64,000 bases of DNA from Eledone cirrhosa (taxonomy: Eukaryota): contig OZ024740.1 of assembly GCA_964016885.1 (NCBI GenBank), forward strand, positions 195,486,001 through 195,550,000. Direction: 5' to 3'. The translations under genes and the position numbers were made by a program. Below the pieces are notes generated by a model that had not been told where the DNA came from, did no database searches, and saw only the letters and a program-made list of their open reading frames with translations. Of the stretch, positions 39,751 through 51,483 are shown piece by piece; position 1 is the stretch's first letter, and each line of letters opens with the position of its first letter.

Positions 39751-40424
39751 GAGTGAGTGAGTGAGTGAGTGAGTGAGTGAGTGAGTGAGTGAGTGAGTGA
39801 GTGAGTGAGTGAGTGAGTGAGTGAGTGAGTGAGTGAGTGAGTGAGTGAGTGAGTGAGTGAGTGAGTGAGTGAGTGAGTGAGTGAGTGAGTGAGTGAGTGA
39901 GTGAGTGAGTGAGTGAGTGAGTGAGTGAGTGAGTGAGTGAGTGAGTGAGTGAGTGAGTGAGTGAGTGAGTGAGTGAGTGAGTGAGTGAGTGAGTGAGTGA
40001 GTGAGTGAGTGAGTGAGTGAGTGAGTGAGTGAGTGAGTGAGTGAGTGAGTGAGTGAGTGAGTGAGTGAGTGAGTGAGTGAGTGAGTGAGTGAGTGAGTGA
40101 GTGAGTGAGTGAGTGAGTGAGTGAGTGAGTGAGTGAGTGAGTGAGTGAGTGAGTGAGTGAGTGAGTGAGTGAGTGAGTGAGTGAGTGAGTGAGTGAGTGA
40201 GTGAGTGAGTGAGTGAGTGAGTGAGTGAGTGAGTGAGTGAGTGAGTGAGTGAGTGAGTGAGTGAGTGAGTGAGTGAGTGAGTGAGTGAGTGAGTGAGTGA
40301 GTGAGTGAGTGAGTGAGTGAGTGAGTGAGTGAGTGAGTGAGTGAGTGAGTGAGTGAGTGAGTGAGTGAGTGAGTGAGTGAGTGAGTGAGTGAGTGAGTGA
40401 GTGAGTGAGTGAGTGAGTGAGTGA

Positions 40425-40430
<6 letters not shown>
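39751..40430. repeat. Perfect (GAGT)n microsatellite, ~170 units, followed by (GT/GC)n to ~40612
   Basis: Directly visible. Confidence 0.98.
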
Positions 40431-40509
<79 letters not shown>

Positions 40510-40804
40510 TGTGTGTGTGTGTGTGCGCGTGTGTGTGTGTGTGTGCGTGTGTGTGTGTGCGCGTGTGTGTGTGTGTGTGCGCGTGTGTGTGTGTGCGCGT
40601 GTGTGTGTGTGTCATCATCACCATGGTTGTTTTTATATCCATGGGTTGCGCAGGGTGTTTTGAAACAATACTTGACAGTTGCATGCCCTTTCTCATGCCA
40701 ACCCTTTTAATCACCTCTTATGACATGCAGTGATTCAGAGCCCCTAAATATATATATGTGTGTGCGTGTTTATAATATGCATAATATAAAATAATATATA
40801 TATA

Positions 40805-41154
40805 TCATCATCATCATTTCATCATCATTTCATTTTACGTCCACTTTTCCCTGCTTGCAAGGGTGGGACGGGAATTGATGCTGGCTTGATTTCTACAGCT
40901 GGATGCCCTTCCTAACACCAACCTCATTTACAGTGAGTGCTGGGTGCTTTTTTGTCGTGGCACCTCCACGACCACTTTGCAGTGGAATGATAGGGACCCC
41001 AGTCCCTATCATCTATTTCTACAGCTGAGTAAACTGGAGCAATGTGAAATAAAGTGTCTTGCTCAAGGAAACAACACATCACTCGGTCTGAGAATTGAAC
41101 TCACAACCTTTCGATTGTAAGGCCAATGCTCTAACCACTAAGCCATGTGCCTCC
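40805..41154 (-). mobile_element. Full-length SINE family 2
   Basis: Minus strand: ggaggcacatggcttagtggttagagcattgg..gagttcaattctc..RTE tail..(tga)n. Confidence 0.92.
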
Positions 41155-41156
41155 AT

Positions 41157-42924
41157 ACCCACAGACCTACAATAAGCTGGCAAAAAATACCATCACGACC
41201 ACCTACAAAAAGGTAATAGAGAGGGCACTGACTGAGACAAACGCGGCCGGAAAAGAAATCGCCAAGTCCCTTAAATTACACGACCGAACCGAACCTTTAA
41301 GGGTAAAGACCCCGCACTTTACCCTGAAGGACCATAAGGGAAACTTCCTCAACAAACCATCAGTCAGACTTATCAACCCCACTCGTTCTGACATCGGCTC
41401 TATCAGTAAGAAGATCCTGGATAGAGTTCTACCATCATTGCGGGCAGCCTCACCACTTCCAGTCTGGAGCAGAACATCTGAGGCAATATCATGGTTCCAA
41501 AAATTACCCGACAAACACCACACTCGCTTCCTGCAACTCAACATAGAAAACTACTATGCCTCTATCTCGGAGCCCCTCCTGAAGGACGCAATTAACTTTG
41601 CCATGAATTTTACCACCATTACCGATGCTGAGCAAGTTGTTATCCTCCACGCTCGTAAGACCTTTCTATACCACGATGGATCTTACTGGATCAACAAGAA
41701 ATCTCAGACCCCATTTGACGTAAGCATGGGGGCGAGTGACTCGGCTGAAATTAGCGACCTTGTGGGCCTGTACATCCTACATCACCTGAAGAACCTCTTT
41801 ACCGGCCTAACGGGAGGTTTATACCGAGACGACGGCTTCTTCGCCCTGCATAAGGTTAACCCCAGAACCACCGATGGGTTTCGGAAAAACTTAAGCTCTT
41901 TCTTCTCTAATCTAGGATTTAGTATAACTATAGAATCTAATTTGACTAGGGCCAACTTCTTAGATGTCACTCTCGACCTAGATACTTCCCTCTATTACCC
42001 GTACCACAAACCTAACGAGTCCCTTAAATATATTAATGTTAATTCAAACCACCCCCAAAACATCACTGATAACCTAGTAAAAAGCGTCTCTATTAGAATA
42101 TCTGGCCTCTCCGCCAACAAAGATATTTTTAATGCATCTGCCTCCTACTACAATGACGCCCTCGCCCGTAGCGGATTTAAAGATAAGATAACTTACCTAG
42201 AAACCACCGCAAGATTGCAGAGGAGGAATAGACATAGGCAGATTAGCTGGTACAACCCTCCCTTCAATAGAGAGGTATCTACTCCGATAGCTAGGATTTT
42301 CTTCACTTTGCTGAAATTACACTTCCCCATACAACATAGGTACCACACCATCTTTAATAAGAACACAATAAGACTGTCTTACTCCACCACACCTAACCTA
42401 GCTAGGAATATAGCCAACCACAATTCTAAAAAATTAAATAAGCCAACCACCTCCGAACCCAATCCCCGGACTGGGGCTCTATGTAATTGCCTAAATAAGG
42501 AAGCATGCCCACTTGAAAACAAATGCCTCACAAATGATATCGTATACAAATGCGATGTCATCTCAGGCACTGAGGATTGCAAAAAAACTTACATCGGCAT
42601 GACCTCCAACAACTTTAAGACCCGTTGGTATGCACCCACTCCTTCAGAAGACCGGACAAATCAAATCAGACAACACTCGCCTCCTACGTTTGGGACCTCA
42701 AAAGGAACTCCACCCCTTTCACGCTTAAATGGAAAATACTCCAGAAAGCGCGCTCTTACAACGGAGGACACAAGGGCTACGACCTTTGTATTTCAGAGAG
42801 CTACGAAATTTTATTCGCCAAGGGCCCGCTACTGAACAAACTCTCTGAACACTGCCCGAACTGCATGCACAAGAACTTTGCAACTTTCAAACACTTTAAG
42901 CCAGTGTTAAAGCCCGATGGCTAA
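41157..42924 (+). pseudogene. Penelope-like element ORF (Hydra-clade-like): RT plus C-terminal GIY-YIG; 5'-truncated, one frameshift near 42633
   Basis: LKDHK.NF..RLINP, MGASDSAE, LYRDDG, FLDVTL, WYNPPF, CNC..CPL..C, IVYKC..YIG.T..FKTRW, LNK..E..CMH. The motif-A Asp reads as Asn (LNIENYY). Confidence 0.9.
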
Positions 42925-43099
42925 AAACGACCTCCCCCTATTGGCCCCTATACCTCCTCCCCACCCTACCCCCACCCCTCCCCAACCTGAAATACGGCCA
43001 CTATGGTTATGTGAGTACCTCTTTCCTTTCTACATTTTCTGCCTGTAGAGGTGTCTTTATGTGCCTGCGTATATGCGTATATTTATTGAGAACTTATTT

Positions 43100-43207
43100 A
43101 TTTGTATGTGTATATATTTGTGTGTATGTGTGTATATGTATGTGTATGTATATATATATATATCTATGTGTGTATATGTGTTTTATGTGTGTATATTTAT
43201 GTATGTA

Positions 43208-43240
<33 letters not shown>

Positions 43241-43279
43241 GTGTATATATGTGTATGTATGTGTATGTGTATGTATGTA

Positions 43280-43346
<67 letters not shown>

Positions 43347-43386
43347 ATGTGTGTGTGTGTGTATATATATATGTGTGTGTGTGCAG

Positions 43387-43445
<59 letters not shown>

Positions 43446-43596
43446 CGTGAGAGAGAGTGTGTGTATATATATTTATGTGTGTGTGTGTGTATGTGTGTAT
43501 GCGTGTATATATATATATATATGTATATTTGTGTGTATATATGCGTATATATGTTTGTATATATGTGTATATTTATGTATATGTCTGTGTATATAT

Positions 43597-43630
<34 letters not shown>

Positions 43631-43670
43631 ATGTGTGTGTGTGTGTATATATATATGTGTGTGTGTGCAG

Positions 43671-43715
<45 letters not shown>

Positions 43716-43861
43716 CGTGAGAGAGAGTGTGTGTATATATATTTGTGTGTGTGTGTGTGTATGTGTGTATGCGTGTATATATATATATATATGTATATTT
43801 GTGTGTATATATGCGTATATATGTTTGTATATATGTGTATATTTATGTATACGTCTGTGTA

Positions 43862-43908
<47 letters not shown>

Positions 43909-44011
43909 GCATGTGTGTGTGTGTGTGTGTCTGTGTGTATATATGTGTATATATGTGTGTGTGTATATATGTGTGTGTATATGTATGTATGTATATGTAT
44001 ATATGTGTATG

Positions 44012-44064
<53 letters not shown>

Positions 44065-44410
44065 TTGTGTGTATATGTATATATATATATATATATGTGT
44101 GTGAATATGTATGTATTATATATATATATATATATATGTGTGTATATATATATATGTATGTGTATGTGTATGTATTTGTATACACATGTATATTTGTGTG
44201 TATGTATGTATGTGTGTGAGTGTATATATATGTGTATATATGTGTGTGTGTGTGTGTGTGTATATATATGTATGTGTGTGTGCATATGTATATATATATA
44301 TATATATATATGTGTGTATATATATATATATAAATATATTTATATATGTGTGTGTGTTTTTATGTGTGTATATCTGTATGTGTGTTTATGGTTGCGCGCG
44401 AGTGTGTGAG
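43100..44410. repeat. Compound (TA)/(TG) microsatellite with a ~250-290-bp internal duplication
   Basis: gtgcaggtgt..gtgcgtgagagagag block occurs twice (about 43381 and 43665). Confidence 0.95.
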
Positions 44411-44655
44411 TGAGTGTGTTTTTTTGTGAATGTGTCTGTTGATTTTTGGCATATAGTTGATTAGTTTAAGAGAAGTTCGAAGATAATTGTAAGATATGCA
44501 CTCAGTATTTTGAATCTGTCTACAGAATTCTCTAAACCTTTGTCACTTAGTAGAACCTTAATGAATTTAGCTTTTAAAGAATCTCCCTTTCCTTTAACTC
44601 TATCTACCATGACTGACCCCCCACTGATCTTATAGACATCTGTTAGCTTAAGAGA

Positions 44656-44940
44656 AACTTAATGACAAGGAATGGTATGCCATCCGGAACCTGTTTATAG
44701 AATTCTGTCTGCCTTTGTTACTAAAAACAAAAATTAATAAAAATAAACTATAGCTTTGTAGAATTAGCTTTTAATGAATTCCTTTTCTATCAACCAATGA
44801 CCTACACCCATCCCACTCCCCACCCTCTCCTACCACTTGTAGAGACCTATAAATACCATATTTATTTTTTGATACCCAGATTCCTGATGATTTCTAAAGA
44901 ATGAAACAGTTCTAGTCCTGTAGAATCTCATCTATATTAA

Positions 44941-44978
<38 letters not shown>

Positions 44979-45210
44979 TCAGGAATCTGGGTATCAAAAA
45001 ATAAATATGGTATTTATAGGTCTCTACAAGTGGTAGGAGAGGGTGGGGAGTGGGATGGGTGTAGGTCATTGGTTGATAGAAAAGGAATTCATTAAAAGCT
45101 AATTCTACAAAGCTATAGTTTATTTTTATTAATTTTTGTTTTTAGTAACAAAGACAGACAGAATTCTATAAACAGGTTCCGGATGGCATACCATTCCTTG
45201 TCATTAAGTT
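44656..45210. mobile_element. PLE pseudo-LTR and its inverted partial copy (44656-44891 / 44975-45210) around a (TA)n tract
   Basis: ~236-bp near-perfect inverted repeat downstream of the Hydra-like ORF. Confidence 0.8.
44878..44928 (+). ncRNA. Type-I hammerhead ribozyme with a true stem III hairpin
   Basis: agattc CTGATGA t ttct aa agaa t GAAA cag ttctagtc ctg TA gaatct; predicted cut after A44922. Confidence 0.88.
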
Positions 45211-45240
45211 ATTTATGTATTTATATATATATATAAATCA

Positions 45241-45353
45241 CATAGCTTACATTTGTTTCACTGAACTCGTATGTCTAGAGATCGCGATCCGCTTAATTTT
45301 GCGTTACTCGATCGCCAATACAGAATTATAACCAGTCAGATCTTCGGAGCATG
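45241..45353 (-). ncRNA. Hammerhead motif, CCGAAGA core, long stem II
   Basis: catgct CCGAAGA t ctga[~70 nt]tcag t GAAA caaatg TA agc-t-atg. Confidence 0.65.
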
Positions 45354-45593
45354 CGAGAATGAAGAAAATACACAGGCAAGAAAACTTTTTTGTATAGCAA
45401 ACCATGTAAACCTTCTTTCCTGATTTATTATTACTCCAAGTGTTTACAACATAGGAATTACGGCATACCTGCAGCATCACTATGAAAACGCCTTGTTGAG
45501 TCTAACCAAGCCAAGCATTAATATCATCCACTACCTGGAATACCATAACTGGACTTCACCTAAGTGGACTGCATTTAACTATTATTTGTTAAT

Positions 45594-45666
<73 letters not shown>

Positions 45667-45812
45667 ATATATATTAGAAAGTGAGGTTTTTTTTTACAAA
45701 ATGAAAAATAACCGAGGTGTCCTACACGAGTGGAAGTATAAAGAAAAAGAGATGAAATCGAAAATGCAACTGGAGCCTTATTTTTTTTTTAAATATATAT
45801 ATTTATTTGGTT

Positions 45813-45850
45813 CCTTTACCGGTTTCGCAGTTCTTCTGCTTTTCAAAAGG
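45813..45850 (-). ncRNA. Minimal hammerhead with U3-A8 core variant
   Basis: cctt TTGAAAA gcag aagaa ctgc GAAA ccgg TA aagg, then AATAAA 5 nt later. Confidence 0.75.
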
Positions 45851-45884
45851 TGAGTTGAGATGGAGGGTCTGTGGTTTTTCTCAC

Positions 45885-45931
<47 letters not shown>

Positions 45932-45985
45932 TAAAAAAATAATGAATAAAACAATGAAACAGTTCCTTATATTAAACAAAAAAAG

Positions 45986-46138
45986 TTCATTATTTAACGA
46001 TCGTTTCTAGGACATATATGTGTTAGATCTTTTGAATATGCATGCCAATTCTATGTACAAAATTATACAAAATTATACAAACTATCAAATAGAATATACA
46101 TACCAACACATACATATGCCGTCTTCAGAAATAATGAA
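45986..46138 (-). ncRNA. Hammerhead with 10-bp stem I and ~115-nt stem II region
   Basis: ttcattattt CTGAAGA c ggcatatgtatgtgttgg[..]ctaacacatatatgtc cta GAAA cgatcg TT aaataatgaa. Confidence 0.78.
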
Positions 46139-47039
46139 GTATATTTATTGATAATAACAACAATTCAAAATTACAGGTCTATATATATATATATAATAAT
46201 AATAATTAAATATTAGTAGTCCCTTATACTCAAACATCAATGAATGGATAAAATATCAATCAGAGAAGCAATATATCAGATCGATATATAAGTGAGATTA
46301 ACTAAACTTCTTTTTTCAGTCTGTCTTATACTCCCACAGAGTTTTTCCATTTAAATTTAATATGTAATTATATATATATCTACTATATAAATTGGAAGTG
46401 GTCAGATGTTGTATATTAAAGTAAGTAGGTGTAGTCGGATAAACGTCGAAACGGCTTGGTGGAATGCAGCGAAAATTTACACAGTTATGCAGAATGACCC
46501 GAGGAGGCGTTGTGTGGACTTTCAAGCTACAAGCTTCCATGGTTATGGAGAAAATCGATGAAACAGGAATTTCCCATTCAAATTGAACTAAGAGAAATCT
46601 GTGAATGCAGAAGTAAATATTTCGAGAAACGTTGCAACCGAATGAAAACAGGAAGATGATATTTTGGTTCATGAAGACATTCCCTGGCAATGAACGGGAA
46701 AAAAGCAAGGATAATACGTCGTTATGTGGAGCGAAAAGAACAATTTCATGCAAAGACAAGACCAAGTTTATGGTATAAATGGAGTCGTTAGAGTAATATT
46801 CCATTTAAAATAACAGAATGATTTCCAGCCGCGGAGTTTAAGAATGATGTAAATAAAATTGAAAACGAAAATGACAGAGGTTATTAAAATAGTAAAAGTA
46901 AATAGTGAAGATTTAGGCCAGTACATACGTATGCCTCGACGGACATACACATACATACGCACACACAAATACATACACACCCACAAACACACATACACAC
47001 CCACAAACACATACATGCACACACGCACGAACGCGTATG

Positions 47040-47473
47040 TATAAACCTTATGCATTTCTACAGTATTTTCACCAAACTTAAGACATAGGTTACTTATGTA
47101 CTCCGGATGGTCATGGGCACTGTCATTTTTACAGATATTGATTATAGAGCCTCCCGGCAGATAACCCCCTTTAACCACTTCCTTGGAGTCGACTGAAGCA
47201 CTGCAGTTCAATGCAACAAAACGTCATAACTTCTGGAGTTCGCAACCGATTTTCACAAAACTTGACACATGGGCTACGTTTGTTCTACAGATGAATGTGA
47301 ACTCTCAGAATTGGCACATATTCAGTAGGGGACCCCTGGGGGCAGGAACCCTCTTTTGGAAAAAGCCGATGATTTTGTAAAAGTATAGTTTTCGAAGTAG
47401 CACTGAAGTATTGACATAAATGGTATACACAACTGCTATTTAATACACGAGCAACACCAGGTACCTCTGCTAG
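47040..47473 (+). mobile_element. Helitron-like non-autonomous element, 3' part
   Basis: aaccgattttcacaaaactt internal motif, degenerate subterminal hairpin acgagcaacaccaggt, CTAG terminus followed by T. Confidence 0.6.
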
Positions 47474-47589
47474 TATATATATATATATATATATACAGAT
47501 ATATTTCTTTATTTGCCACAGGGGCGTACAAAAATGGGACATTACAAGATGTGACAGCGGGGTTTTTACATAAAATCTTTAATAATAAT

Positions 47590-48035
47590 CAGAAGAAGAG
47601 AGGCAGGTATAAAAGCCAAATGAGCTATCTTCAGTTTGGTGATCATGCCAACCCTTAGCTATGGTCATGAATCTTGGGTAATGAGCAAAAGAATATGATC
47701 ACGAATACCAGCTGCCAAAATGGAGTTCCTACAAAGAGTCTTTGGAGTAGAATTACTTGATAAAGTTGCTCCAAGTAAAGGGGCTGCTTCTGTGAATTGA
47801 GAGATCACAGCTCCAACACTATGGTCATATGGTTAGAATATCTCAGGAAAGAATCTCTGGACAAATTTTTTCAGACAAAACCAACCAGCAGAAGACCCAG
47901 GAGTAGACCGCAAGCAAGTTGGTCTCGCTTGTGGATCCATCCAGATCAAATGGAGACAGTTGCTTCTGACAGGACCACTAAAGTAGCGCTTGGGGACTCT
48001 TCCTCGATGACCCTCCTAGGAATAAGTGAGAGGAG
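47590..48035 (+). mobile_element. Expander/Rex3-like RTE 3' remnant; related pieces at 60250-60320 (+) and 60810-61240 (-)
   Basis: KAK.AIF..PTLSYGHESWVM..RI.AA.MEFLQRV.G..LLDKV and RRPRSRP. Confidence 0.75.
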
Positions 48036-49167
48036 TACTAAGAAAGGGAGAACAATAACAGCAACAGAGTATTTATATTAAAAATTTGACTTATTTCTTC
48101 ATTACCAGTGGCTTCAAGATGTAAGTACATCTACTCCTTCATATGCAGGAAATAAGGAAGCACAAAAACAAAATGGAGAATACAATTTAGGGGTATGCTG
48201 TTAAGGACCTCCATTGACTGATTCTGATTACACACCGGTGTTGGTAACACTGCAACACCAGCTGAATACACCAACAGTGAAAATTTGGCGATTTGATGGT
48301 GCCATGCTGGTGTAGTCATGTAATGTGCATAAGTGATGATCATTGGGTAAAGAATTGACACACACGCAGGGTGCATACTGTCTTTCCTCACTGGCATGGT
48401 TGAACTAGTAGCCAAGATCCATGAGGATATGCAGACTAAGGTGGCAGAGGAGGAGCTCAAGTGTATAGGAATGTTGTGGGTGTGGGGTAGATAGTGATGA
48501 AAGAGGAGAGATGGACAGGGCTTATTGATAAGAAGAGGGGTGAATAATAAAAAATGTAGTGGTCAGAAGGGATTATTAAATAATGTGGCATACATATATA
48601 TAAACGTTTGTATATGTATAATAAAGCCAAAACAATGCAGGTATGGACATAGAATAAAGAATGCAAATGCAAAAGATATTGTTGACAATTAGTCTTTTAC
48701 CTTAGATTTATTTAAATGTCCTTAATTTTTGAGATAATATCTCTTCTTCGGAGGGAAGTAAAGCGGTTAAACCAGTGTTCTAAATAACTTGCCAAGTCAT
48801 GCTGACAGGAAATGGTATAGAGTATCTGTTCTATCTCTAATGTGAAAGAGTTAAGGTTAGGTGGATAAAGAGTAGTCTCCCTTTAAAGGTTTTTTTTTTT
48901 TTTGTACATGCCTGTTTAAGTGTGTGGGAGAATGCCTGTTTAAGTGTGTGGGAGAATGCCTGAAGGTGTAAGTATGTGAGTGTGTGTGTGTGAGTGTGAG
49001 AAGATATGTCTATACGTAAATGTGGGATAGATGTTATCTCGTGTTGGAACTGGTCTTTGTGTGTGTATGTGTGTGTGTGTGTGAGAGAGAATAAGTGGAG
49101 GTGTAAGCGTGTGTGTGTGTGCGTGTGTGTGTGTGGGGTGTGTGTAAATATGGGGCTAGAAGCTCTA

Positions 49168-51483
49168 TCAAGTTATAAATTGGGTGTTGAGTTCTAGTCT
49201 ATTATTGATTGGTGGTTGTGTTTTGTCTATAATTACTGCTTCCTTAATTCTAAGATTGCTGAGGTTTCTTTCCTTAGTTTCTATCCTAACTGTTATGGTT
49301 TTGTCGGTGTTTTTGCATTTAACTAGGTGTTTCTTAAATGAGGAAGCGTTAGTATTGAGGTGTTCTTTTATTCTTATGTGGAGTGGTCTGGTGGTGCTAA
49401 CAACGTAGAAGCTGCTGCATTTGTCACACTCTAGTCTGTATACGACGTAAGCCTGGTGGCATAGGTCTGTGTCGTTGATGGGGCAGTTGGCTAGCCTGCA
49501 GCAGTTGTCATGTCTGGTGGAGTGTCTTTTGGTTAGCTGTCCGCGTAGAGAAGGACCTGAGTGGGCCAGTTGGATATCTAGTCCCTCTCGTCTGATAGCT
49601 CTGCGGATGGCTGTTGTTGTTTCGTCACTGAAGTGTGGGAGCTTCAGGAAGCAAGTGTTAGTGCCTCGGGTGTGGTGTCCTCTGTTCTTTCTGGCATGGT
49701 TTGTGGTGGATGTCGTGTATCCGTTCAGTTTGAGTAGTTCCAGGAAATGTATGGTGTGTGTGTCTCGGTCTCTAGCATCGGTGCATTTGTTCCGGATACG
49801 TGTTAGTTCGTTCCTTATGTATCCAAACTTAGCGCCGGCTGGGAGGGCCGATCTGAAATGTACGAACAGGTCCCTGCTGGCGGCTTTTTTATAGAAGCAG
49901 GTGTGGATGTTGCCTTCCTCTGTTACCCTGAGTTGGAAGTCCAGTAGGGATAGGGATCCGCGGTCATCAGGGTGTTCCATGCTGAACTTTATACTGGCGT
50001 CCATGCTGGAGAATGTTGTGTATATTTTATCTGCCTCCTCACGGGATGATGTAAGGATGAGTATGTCATCTACATATCGGGTGAAGAAGGTATGGGAATG
50101 GCAGGTGTTGATGGCTCGGCATTCTAGCTGGTTCATATAGGTGATGGCCAGCAGGCCCAATAGGCTGGATCCCATGGGTAATCCTGTTGTCTGTCAATAA
50201 ATCGACAGCTGGATGAGCGAGGACTGTAGTGTAGAGGGAGACAACGTCAAGGCTAAGGCGTATCTTTTTAGTTTAAGTTGTTCTGGCTGGAGTTGGTGTA
50301 GTCTACATATAACTTCGTCGGAGCTACTGACATGCCCGGGAAAGGTGGAGAGTAGAGGCTTGAGGACCTGGGAGAGGAGCCAGGAAATTTTGTATAGGGG
50401 TCCTTCTATGCTAGAGACGATGGGTCTTATTTGCGTCTTAGTACTATTCTTGTGGGTCTTGATGAGGTGGTAGAAAGTAGGCAGTCTGCTATTTCTAGTG
50501 GTGTAGTTGAGCTTAACTTTATTTGGGAGTTGTCTTCTCCTACAGATATCGAACCAGATGGAGTTGGTCTGTTTTTTTATCTGGGCTGCAGTCATGTCCG
50601 GGATCTCTGTATATAATTCATTGTCGCTTAGGTGTTCAAAGGCTAGGTTGTTGTATGTGGCTTGAGAGATGGCGCAAAACTCTTTACCTTTGTCGGATGG
50701 TAAGTATATAAGTTCCCTATTCCGTAGGTTCTTCAGGGTGAGTTGTTGTGTCCTGGAGAGGTTTGGGGCTATCTTCTGTTTCCGTAAGATGTTAAATACG
50801 GAATGTTTTAGCCTCGAGAATTTTTCTTCAAGCTCGCGGTTGGCAGGCGGTGGACAGAGTGGGCGATCCAGTTGGTATATCGGGAATCTGGGTTTGTTAG
50901 ATTCCGTGGTGTTGTTGCCGAGAGTCGATATCCATTTTAGTTGGTAGGCAGCCCGAAAGAAATTTGTTTCTATGTTGAGCCATAATTTGTCGTCCAGTCT
51001 CTGTTTCAATATGAACTTGGGACCCAGGCTGAGGAGGTCTAATTCCTCTCGGGAGAGGGATCCTGTCAAGTCCGTGACGAGGTGTTTTGCGTCAGGTGTG
51101 TTGTTGGTCGGGGCGCCGCTAGGTTCGGTATTGGTACCGTCTTGTTCGTCTCTGTTGGTGCTTAGAGTTGGGATGTTGTTAAGACAGTTGGCCGTGCTGA
51201 GTTTGATAAATTTTTGCATTAGGCGTATTTTCTCGTAGTTTCGGTGATGGTGGTAGGACCTGTCTATAGCCGCGGAGATGACTCTGGACAGAGGTTCTGG
51301 GGTTTCAGCGAGTTGTGGTACAAGGCTGGAAATAGTCCGTATGTGTTGTTGTAGCGTGCGGTGTAGGTGTTGTATGAGTTTTCTTAGGCAGAAATTTTGT
51401 ATGTAGCTAAGTGATCATTTGAGGCCTGGTGATTTGAAGCATGTTGGTAGGTGTAAGTTTTTGATAGTTTTTGGGATGATGTT
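49168..51483 (-). pseudogene. Penelope-like element ORF (Nematis/Poseidon-like), 5'-truncated, with frameshifts and an internal deletion near 50195
   Basis: IIPK N-terminal block, LSLGPKF, SDKG, FYHLIKTHK..RPIVS, SLDVVSLYT, GLPMGS, RYVDD, LLDF, VVY..C..C..YV.ST.R.L..R.KEH GIY-YIG. The 3' UTR continues to ~48700. Confidence 0.92.

Noticed and set aside
41095-41154. tRNA genes at A/B-box sequences
   Set aside because: These are SINE heads without complete cloverleafs.
43011-44413. Long Y/I/C/V-rich ORFs (also 12895-13387, 39701-40733, 37998-38747)
   Set aside because: Translations of microsatellites and minisatellites.
51414-51416. In-frame TGA near the start of the minus-strand PLE ORF as selenocysteine
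   Set aside because: Single TGA in a copy that also has frameshifts and a deletion; no SECIS recognised; ordinary decay is more likely.
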